64,000 bases of DNA from Mytilus californianus (lineage: Eukaryota), in the NCBI RefSeq assembly GCF_021869535.1, contig NW_026262637.1, positions 6,758,001 through 6,822,000 of the forward strand, written 5' to 3'. Numbering within the stretch: the stretch's first letter is position 1; every line of letters starts with the position of its first letter. Below the pieces are notes generated by a model. The model did no database searches and was not told the origin of the DNA. It worked only from the letters and a program-made list of their open reading frames with translations. The translations under genes and the position numbers were made by a program. Below, one piece after another: positions 25,809-35,738 of the stretch.

Positions 25809-26966
25809 CAGTGTTCTCCATTTTTCACTAAGGTCAGATGGATGTTTTGAAAAAATCACTTGCAACCGGTCGTATTATTTTTTTTATACTTTTCCAACCG
25901 TTTTTTTTTTTACTGTGGGTGTTGTCACAAAAAGAATGGTTAGTATTGTATTCACATTTAATGGAATTGAATAGCAGATGGCTTTTGCAGGACTCCCTTC
26001 TCCTGCCAAGTTTCTGTCCTATTCCTTGCTTTAGTGCTGTATTTTTGGTACACAGAACAGTAACATCCTTCTTCTGTGACGATTAGCCATTTAAAGTCCT
26101 GTTCATATTTCTCAGCTTGGGAACAACCCCTCAATGTAATGACTATCCCTTTTATGAAGGATACTTTTCAAGAGATACAAATGAGCACATATTTATTTCA
26201 TTTACAGAAACTTTTTCCAAAGAACTATACATCTATTTGGTATTATATGGTCAAAACATATCCAAGATTTTTGTAATAATCCTGGACTTATATCTACTTT
26301 ATCATTAAAAAAAAGGGACCCTCTTTTAGAAAAGTTGTTCCAAATATTACATAACTGTATAATGTCTCATGTTTGTTGCTTATAGTTATACTATCATAAA
26401 TTATTGTTAATTGTAAATGCCCCCTGTGGGACCCTGATTGGAATAATAAACAGTTTGATTTGATTGGATTTTATAACGAGTTTTCCCCCTTTTAAGTTAA
26501 AAAATCTTAGTTTTTCTTTTTTCTTTTCTTCAACAATAAGACGACATCTTGTCACTCATTTAAGGAATATCCCTCATTAGGGGATTGTTCCCAACCTGTT
26601 TACCTTCTCGATCGCTCGCGTGTCTTTTCCGTTGTTTTGATACTTTTTTTTCAATTTTAACAATTTCAATACAACTATCCATTTTAGTTGACTTATTTTG
26701 CCTAAAGTTTTTCTTATCACCATCGTCATCTGCCTTTCTCTTCCCTCGAATAATAATAGAAAACATTGAAATTTGACGATCCGCCATTTTTGTCAATGAA
26801 AACAAATCAGCGAGGCGCGATTAGTATTCAAATTTTTACAGTGCAGAACCTAAAAATATCCGAAATTTGAAAAAAAAAGCCGACCACCTCCTAAAATGGA
26901 AAGGTGGTTGGCTTTCAAAAGAAGGTGGTTGGCACACCCAGCTTAAATGCCAAATAGAAAACACTG
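25809..26966 (-). mobile_element. Internally deleted hAT-superfamily DNA transposon retaining 5' transposase remnants
   Basis: 15-bp TIRs CAGTGTTCTCCATTT / AAATAGAAAACACTG (13/15) flanked by TGTCCAT on both sides. The minus strand reads MADRQISMF...KRKADDD and EKYEQDFKWLIVTEEGCYCSVYQKY...W...G...H, resembling the TTF-type zinc finger of hAT transposases. Confidence 0.7.
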
Positions 26967-28064
26967 TGTCCATATCTAGTTAAATATTTAAAACTCTCTG
27001 CGAGCCTTGCAATTTTAATTTTGAAAATTTAAGTGGCTTGAGTGGAGAAATATCATATCACACTCAATGCAGTGGTAGAATCATATATAGAAGTTATATG
27101 CTATATATTTTTATATATTTTCCAAATTTATTGATGTCAAACTGATAAATCATCTGTCAGCTGCCATCTTTAAAATGGATGCCAAAAACATCAGAAAAGT
27201 TCATAGAACTAGGACATAGAACAAGATATCATTAATTACTTCAGGTTGTCAAAATTTATTCTTCTGCCAACATTTTCAAAATGGCTGCCAAAAATAGTTA
27301 TCAGATTTCAAGGAAACTTGAAATCTCAATAGAATATATTATGAAATGATTTCTGATGTAAACAAATATCCCTCTACTCCTGTTTAAAAAAGATCTCTTG
27401 GCCACCATATCTAAAATCAGATTTTGGGGAAACAACATTTCTCTAACATAACATAAAATTTCTTCATGTTATTTATAGAACTTGGATGAAATTTTGACAA
27501 CTTATTATTTTGCTATTCATATATTACAAACTGATCATGTAATTAAACTACCCACAATGACTTGGATGTGCCAGTCTTTTGCTAGTGGACATATGCTATA
27601 CAGAATATTTGCTAAATTGCTTTGTTTGCATTAATGCTAATTATTTGTTTATAATTTAATTTTGGATGTAACACGTCTACTGATTGGCTGAAAGTTTTTT
27701 GTCTATCATCTCATAGACATAATTTTGTCATGTGACTGTGACGTCATCAACATTTTTTTTCATGATTTACTCCTTAAAAAAGGAATTTGGAATTGAATTA
27801 TAAGGAATGACTGTAATATTTTTTCTGTCATAAAAAATGTGGTGAACATTTAAAAGTGTGCACCACATTTTTTAGTCATCCCTTAAATGTGCCTCACGTG
27901 CAAGTGAGGCCCTTTCTGATATATTAGTGTTTTATTTAATTGCTATTTGTGTCATCATGACTTAATTACTACGTTATCTGGTTTGAAAAAAAAATATATG
28001 TAGTTAAAAGTATAATGCTGAATAACATTTCATTTTAGTTTCCACTACATACAAATGTGAAGAA

Positions 28065-29131
28065 AACGTTTAACCCCGCCGCATTTTTGCGCCTGTCCCA
28101 AGTCAGGAGCCTCTAGCCTTTGTTAGTCTTGTATTATTTTAAATTTTAGTTTCTTGTGTACAATTTGGAGTTTAGTATGGAGTTCATTATCACTGAACTA
28201 GTATATATATTTGTTTAGGGGCCAGCTGAAGGTGCAGGAATTTCTCGCTGCGTTGAAGACCTGTTGGTGACCTTCTGCCAGTCAGGGATATAACTCTATC
28301 GGGTTATTACAGGAAATAACTTGCATGTGTTATTACAGATATTTTTATGAGTTGTCTACTCTTTAAATCTAAAATTTTCTAAATCTGTAATAACATATGT
28401 TTGTTATTTGTAAAATAAATCATCAACATTTTAATTTTTAGTGGGCTCTAGGGAACTCTGGAAACTTTGCGCAGAAACTAAATGCATAGCCTTGATAACT
28501 AATTTTTGAATTAAATTAATACATTTATCATTAACCATGGTAAATCAATAAGACAAGGCTTTTAAGTGATAAACTTAGCTGTAATAACAAGGCTTAGTTA
28601 TTAAAGGCATGCAACTTATTATATGAGACACTTGGGAATTACTGGGAAGCTTGCGCAGAACCTCATTACATGCTCTGGTTATTATTTCTTACAATGAATT
28701 AAAATAAATTGTAATTAAGCATGAGGTATGTCTGAGCAAATGCTTTGGAGTGATATAGAGAAGCTGTAATAACACCCTTTAGTTATTACAGGCCAATTTT
28801 TTCTGTAATAACATAGGTGTTAACTATGCATGATTGTCAAAATATGAACTGTTATATCTTTCTATAGTTAAGTATACATAAAGACAATAGCAATATCAAT
28901 AGAACCTGTAAACATTTTAACAAAACTAATGATGTGTATTGTCCCTTTGAAACATGTAACATACATGCATAAGTTATCACAGGTCTTTGATTTTTTAGTC
29001 CACAGTAACAAACATATGTTATTTTTCTCTAATAACCCTATAGAGTTATATCCTTGACTGTCTGCTGTTGTCTGTTTTATGGTCGGGTTGTTGTCTCTTT
29101 GACACATTCCCCATTTCCATTCTCAATTTTA
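28065..29131 (+). mobile_element. Dispersed repeat (AACGTTTAACCCCGCCGC...CCATTCTCAATTTT family) split by a MITE: 28065-28278 plus 29061-29131
   Basis: Removing 28279-29065 restores GGTGACCTTCTGCTGTTGTCTG. The equivalent stretch is uninterrupted in the copy at 55406-55531. Confidence 0.75.
28279..29060. mobile_element. 782-bp MITE, CAG..CTG termini, 5-bp TSD (TCTGC), superfamily unassigned
   Basis: TIR CAGTCAGGGATATAACTCTATCGGGTTATTA / TAATAACCCTATAGAGTTATATCCTTGACTG (29/31). TCTGC at 28274-28278 and 29061-29065. Internal CTGTAATAAC / GTTATTACAG repeats. Confidence 0.85.
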
Positions 29132-29950
29132 CTTTATGTGTGTGGAAGAAACTCAATAGAAAGGATTAGTCAAAAACAAATTTTAATCTGCATTATTAGT
29201 CAGCATTTTATCAGTAGAATAATCCTAAACAAACTATGGTATTACAATTTTATAAGAAATATATTTTATTGATCCCTGCTGGGTACTTTTTATCCTTTAA
29301 TTAGATTTTAATTTGATTACAAAACGTTAAGAAGAAAAAAGGTTTTATAGTAAGTAGTTTGTATAAATACAGGTGTTGTAAATATAGAAAGTTAAACTAA
29401 TATTACATATATGAGAAATATTAGCTATAATCCTATCTGAAAATGATGATCCCTTAAATTTAATATGTATTCTATAGGCAAATACCGAAACTGTTAATGA
29501 GCAATGTGATTGCCCCTGAAATATATTTTTTTTCGAATTTTGTTGTTTTTTTATGTTATCTTTTTAACTAGAGATGCTAGGTGAAAAGTGTGAATTGTAA
29601 TCAGCATGATGAGATCTGTCTACCCTGAAAATTTGACAATTTGTTTTGAAGTTATTTTCCCTGAAATGTTGATTTTTACTACTTTTTGCAGTTTTGACTA
29701 ATCACAAAAACAACAGGAGTTAGATTTTAACATATAAATTGTAAAAATGATCAGCAACACAAAGAATGACGAGTAGGTGCATATCAAGGTTCTCATTAGC
29801 AGACTAGCTATTTTTTTCACTAGATGAGTGGTACAAGCACAGGTGTATCCATCTTGTTATTAAAAAAATATCTCAGTAAACTAATGCTGAAGCTGCAAAT
29901 ATTTTAAGACGTACCTTTTCAAAACTATTTATAATTTAAATTTTTTTTAG

Positions 29951-30016
29951 GTAAAGATGACTTGACATCAAACTTTGGGGGATCAAACTTCAAAGTTGGA
30001 AATGAAAACCAATTTG
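29951..30016 (+). CDS. Exon of host gene A (phase 1-1): GKDDLTSNFGGSNFKVGNENQF
   Basis: Acceptor poly-T+AG, canonical donor GTGAGT, 66 bp, in frame with both neighbouring exons. Confidence 0.75.
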
Positions 30017-31325
30017 GTGAGTGAAATGATACAACTATGTAATTTATAATTTATATGATGTATTGTGTTTCATTAGAAATGAATGGAATGTATAGAAATT
30101 GTAACAGAGAAAGAAAGCTTGTGTCAGGTGTTTTCATTGCATTTAATTGTCATTCTACTGGAGATAAACCAGTGTTTCATTCACCATAATGTTATGATAT
30201 TTACAAGATAAGAAATAAAATCAGCTAATTACAGGTAAATAATAGACCTTGGCTTTATGAATAGTATTAGGTATATATATATATATACATTATGTACCTG
30301 GCTAATTTGTATCTATAAGGAAAATAAATTTGTATGTATAGGTTCTTCATAATCAATAGGGACAACCAATGTATTAAACTTCAAGGTACAGTGAAACCTG
30401 TAAAAACCGAACCCAGACAATATATATACTTCAATATATACATTTCCACAATTAAACTGTTACTCCTCAGCAACACTTGTTGAAACAAATTTACTAAGCT
30501 TAACACATGTATGTATGAGGAATGTTTCAATTCAAAGTTGATCTGTTCTTTATCTAAATAAGTATTATGTCCTCTATTTATAGCTAATTATTAAAATTCC
30601 CCTCTTTTCCCTGTTTAGAAAGTTCAATGAAGATTATATATGCTTCATATAATTAAACTTCTATATTTGTCATGCATAGCAGTTTCATTATAGTGAACAG
30701 GATATTTGATAATCTTCTATGTATTGTATATAAGATTTCCATTGAAACTTCTATGTGAAAGACAGGATAAAAAATCCAAAATTTGATAAACTGTCAAGTA
30801 TAAACAATACCTTGTAGTCATTGATTTTATATCTGTATTTTGAATACTGCATAAGGCAGTTCAATATTATATCATGAGGATATCTGAAAACAAAACAGAG
30901 GACTATCTTGGTTCACAAAATGGCACTGTGTTAATAATTTGAAATCACGTTTACCTTAATATTTCTTTGTATAAAAATAAGGAGATGTGGTATGACTGCC
31001 AATGAGACAATTATCTACTAAAGTTCAATAAATTATTGTGTATATATTTCATATTTATATATTAATATTCATGACCTAATTGTTTAAATGATATTGTTCC
31101 TGTTATGAAATTTTTAAAACTCATTTTAAATTCAAGAATATATCTCCCTCAGGCAAAGCTCTGATTTCTTGTCCGCATTTGGCTATTATTTAGGTAATTT
31201 TTGGTTTTATCACTCTTCAAATTTTTGGTGGAATTTGATTTTCAATTATTTAGGCTTTGAGCACCACTGAAGAGACATTAATTGTCAAAATGGGCCCCTG
31301 GTGCAGTAAAAATTATAATACATGG

Positions 31326-31345
<20 letters not shown>

Positions 31346-31358
<13 letters not shown>

Positions 31359-33900
31359 GTCTGAATAATAGTCAACGATTTTTCCCACGAGGGCGCTGGA
31401 TCGTTACGAGTAACGATACACGTACACAATAAATAAATTATATAAACGCCTAAAAAGTGTACACAACAACACCAATAACAAAAAAAGGAACTATAAATGT
31501 AATTATTTATAAATATTTCGGATAACAGATATCCTTCATCAGTAAATATGATTGTGATGTTGAATGAATCATATATCAGTCTACTTAGATTAAACTATAC
31601 AAATCTTGAAATTTATACAATAAAAATGTCAAACCGAACATCAGGTAAGACGCTTGCACAATTCTAAATATGTGTTAAACACGACATAGGTTATATGACT
31701 AATTACAACAGAGAGTTCAAATATATGCTTTAAATAAAAATAATAATGTGCGATATGAACTAGCACAATTCTAAAGCTTTAACGGTGACGACAGTTATGA
31801 TGTTACAAGAACGATTGCGTCAATAAGAATTCCAAATAAACAGCACTGAACGATCTAAATTTGTAAATATTTCAAATTTGACAACGGTAGAGTAGTTGCA
31901 ACAGAGTCTGCGTATTTAAACATCGCAAACAAACGGCCGTTAAAATATAATAATAAATTTTGACTAAGGTTAACTAGTTGAACGTGGCTTGGTACTTTTA
32001 CATCCCTCAAAAAATTAAGCAATTTAAATTGGTATATTCAACAGATTTATTTTAGAGATGAGTAAGGTAAAGAAATAGAAACAGAGACTGTAATAAAAAG
32101 TAATACAACCCAAATGTGAAGCACTGCATGGAGTCGAACTACATCTTTTCATTTATCCCATTTGGTGCCAAAGTTGTTAATTTTCTTATCCAAAATCTTT
32201 CCCGAGTGAGTCTATCCTCCCTAGACCAAGCAGAGTTGTGGTCAATGATTGTAATGGTCAGTCGATTGAGATCTGCCTTAGTGTGGCCAGGGGATCTCAA
32301 ATGTCGACTGAGAGGGAGGTCTGGCTTGCATTGGTAGTCGCTACGATGACCATTCATTCGTTTGTGAAACGGCTGTTCTGACTCGCCAACATACTGTTTA
32401 CCACATTTACACTGTAGGAGATACACAACATTTGTAGTCTTGCAATTTACATTGCAAAATATGGTGTATTCTGTACCAGTGGAGTGACTGTTAAAAGTCT
32501 GGGTAACCAGTATTTGTTTGCAAGTCAGACATCGTTTGTTTCCGCAACCCTTGCAAGAGCCCACAGACGAAGAGCCTGCTTGAGAGGATAAATCAGCTCT
32601 CACCAGCAAGTCTTTAAGGCTTTTGGGCCTACGGAAAGCCAGTACAGGTGGCTCGGGAAAGATCTTGGATAGTTTAGGATGTTTTTCGATTTCTTTCCAA
32701 TTTTCGCGGATTAGGTGAGATAAGTTGTCAAATTTTGGATGGTAAGTCAACACAAAAGGCACCCTCCTGTTGACCTTTTTGACTTTATATTGTAAAAGTT
32801 CATCTCGGCTGATGTTGTTAGCACGAGAAAAACCTTTATCAATGTCTTTTCTTTTGTAGCCCCGATGTTTTAGGTGACCGCGAAGTTCTTGTAGTCGTTT
32901 TTTTGCAATATCGTTGGTGGAGCAAATCCTTTTTATTCGTATGGCCTGGCTGTAGGGAATGCTCTTGGTGCAATGTTTAGGGTGACAACTCAAAGGAGAT
33001 AGATATTGATGTTTGTCTGTGGGCTTGCAATACAGATCTGTAAATATGTTTCCATCCCTCACTTGCGTTGTAGTGTCAAGAAATGTGATCTTAGAGTCAG
33101 AGATTTCATATGTGAATTTTATTGAGGGATGGGCATCGTTGGCATGTTGAATGAACAAATTTAGTTCTTGTTCAGTATTATCCCACTTCATGTCAATATC
33201 ATCGATAAATCGGAACCAAGAGAGGGGTTGATAAAGAGAAGAATTGAGAATTCTCTGTTCTAATTTCCCCATAAAAATATTGGCATAAGACGGGGCCATC
33301 TTTGTTCCCATTGCTGTTCCATTAACTTGGAGAAAGTGTTCACCATTGAATGTGAAGTTATTGCATTGTAATACCAAAGTTAGAAGCTGGATGAGACATT
33401 CAGTCGGTGGATGTAAGGTGTTACGAGAGTTCCAGACTTCCCTACAGGCTTCAATACCATCGTCATGGGGGATGTTAGTATAGAGGGAGGTAACATCAAG
33501 CGAGACAAGGATCGTTTCAGGTGGGAGAGGGTTCAAAGATTCCATTTTCTTAAGATAATGTGTTGTGTCTTGTATATAGGATGGTAAATTTTCCACATAT
33601 GGTCTCAGATGAAAGTCAATAAATTCTGATATTTTCTCTGTAGGGTGGTCATTGGCGGAAACAATTGGTCTACCTGGATTATTGACTTTATGTATTTTGG
33701 GCAGAAGATAGAAACGCCCAGGCTTTGATTTTTCAGGTTTTAGATATTCAAATGTGTTTTCATCAATATGTCCCTCTTCACACATGTTTTTCAGGTTTGT
33801 GGTGATCTCTTTGTTGAATTGAGGGGTGGGGTCAGAGTCTAATTTCTTATAAAATCTCTCATCAGAGAGTTGACGTTCTGCCTCTTGAATGTAGTCACAT
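31346..33900 (-). mobile_element. Inverted, 5'-truncated PLE copy (element sequence from the position equivalent to 36734 through the 3' UTR/pseudo-LTR)
   Basis: Reverse complement of the downstream copies. From CDYIQEAE onward its protein sequence is identical to the full ORF. Confidence 0.95.
31504..31548 (-). ncRNA. Type I hammerhead ribozyme-like motif (inverted copy)
   Basis: Reverse complement of 35462-35506. Confidence 0.65.
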
Positions 33901-35662
33901 ATGAAATCTCTGACTCTAAGATCACATTTCTTGACACTACAACGCAAGTGAGGGATGGAAACATATTTACAGATCTGTATTGCAAGCCCACAGACAAACA
34001 TCAATATCTATCTCCTTTGAGTTGTCACCCTAAACATTGCACCAAGAGCATTCCCTACAGCCAGGCCATACGAATAAAAAGGATTTGCTCCACCAACGAT
34101 ATTGCAAAAAAACGACTACAAGAACTTCGCGGTCACCTAAAACATCGGGGCTACAAAAGAAAAGACATTGATAAAGGTTTTTCTCGTGCTAACAACATCA
34201 GCCGAGATGAACTTTTACAATATAAAGTCAAAAAGGTCAACAGGAGGGTGCCTTTTGTGTTGACTTACCATCCAAAATTTGACAACTTATCTCACCTAAT
34301 CCGTGAAAATTGGAAAGAAATCGAAAAACATCCTAAACTATCCAAGATCTTTCCCGAGCCACCTGTACTGGCTTTCCGTAGGCCCAAAAGCCTTAAAGAC
34401 TTGCTGGTGAGAGCTGATTTATCCTCTCAAGCAGGCTCTTCGTCTGTGGGCTCTTGCAAGGGTTGCGGAAACAAACGATGTCTGACTTGCAAACAAATAC
34501 TGGTTACCCAGACTTTTAACAGTCACTCCACTGGTACAGAATACACCATATTTTGCAATGTAAATTGCAAGACTACAAATGTTGTGTATCTCCTACAGTG
34601 TAAATGTGGTAAACAGTATGTTGGCGAGTCAGAACAGCCGTTTCACAAACGAATGAATGGTCATCGTAGCGACTACCAATGCAAGCCAGACCTCCCTCTC
34701 AGTCGACATTTGAGATCCCCTGGCCACACTAAGGCAGATCTCAATCGACTGACCATTACAATCATTGACCACAACTCTGCTTGGTCTAGGGAGGATAGAC
34801 TCACTCGGGAAAGATTTTGGATAAGAAAATTAACAACTTTGGCACCAAATGGGATAAATGAAAAGATGTAGTTCGACTCCATGCAGTGCTTCACATTTGG
34901 GTTGTATTACTTTTTATTACAGTCTCTGTTTCTATTTCTTTACCTTACTCATCTCTAAAATAAATCTGTTGAATATACCAATTTAAATTGCTTAATTTTT
35001 TGAGGGATGTAAAAGTACCAAGCCACGTTCAACTAGTTAACCTTAGTCAAAATTTATTATTATATTTTAACGGCCGTTTGTTTGCGATGTTTAAATACGC
35101 AGACTCTGTTGCAACTACTCTACCGTTGTCAAATTTGAAATATTTACAAATTTAGATCGTTCAGTGCTGTTTATTTGGAATTCTTATTGACGCAATCGTT
35201 CTTGTAACATCATAACTGTCGTCACCGTTAAAGCTTTAGAATTGTGCTAGTTCATATCGCACATTATTATTTTTATTTAAAGCATATATTTGAACTCTCT
35301 GTTGTAATTAGTCATATAACCTATGTCGTGTTTAACACATATTTAGAATTGTGCAAGCGTCTTACCTGATGTTCGGTTTGACATTTTTATTGTATAAATT
35401 TCAAGATTTGTATAGTTTAATCTAAGTAGACTGATATATGATTCATTCAACATCACAATCATATTTACTGATGAAGGATATCTGTTATCCGAAATATTTA
35501 TAAATAATTACATTTATAGTTCCTTTTTTTGTTATTGGTGTTGTTGTGTACACTTTTTAGGCGTTTATATAATTTATTTATTGTGTACGTGTATCGTTAC
35601 TCGTAACGATCCAGCGCCCTCGTGGGAAAAATCGTTGACTATTATTCAGACGTTTTATATAT
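33895..35662 (+). mobile_element. Partial direct PLE copy (3' RT, GIY-YIG and 3' UTR) serving as the upstream pseudo-LTR/partial tandem
   Basis: Matches the full copy from 37519 onward at an offset of 3624. Confidence 0.95.
35462..35506 (+). ncRNA. Type I hammerhead ribozyme-like motif in the PLE pseudo-LTR
   Basis: Stem I TATTTA (35462-67) / TAAATA (35501-06), core CTGATGA (35468-74), stem II GGATA-tctgt-TATCC, GAAA (35491-94), minimal stem III. Minimal hammerheads are an established feature of PLE pseudo-LTRs. Confidence 0.65.
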
Positions 35663-35738
35663 ATTTTTATTCTTAGTCTGTATCGAGTGATTTATCACGC
35701 GATCCGATTTTTCTTACAGCCTTACCACCAGGCAAACT

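Noticed and set aside
32046-32056. 5-A vs 4-A difference between PLE copies as evidence of age
   Set aside because: A single homopolymer length difference is as likely to be a consensus error as a mutation.
32139-34004. 621-aa minus-strand ORF as an independent gene
   Set aside because: Its first ~35 aa are antisense read-through across the inversion junction at 33895-33900. The rest is the truncated inverted PLE copy.
33870-34871. 333-aa ORF as an independent gene
   Set aside because: Junction artefact: the N-terminal residues come from the inverted copy, and the rest duplicates the PLE C-terminus.
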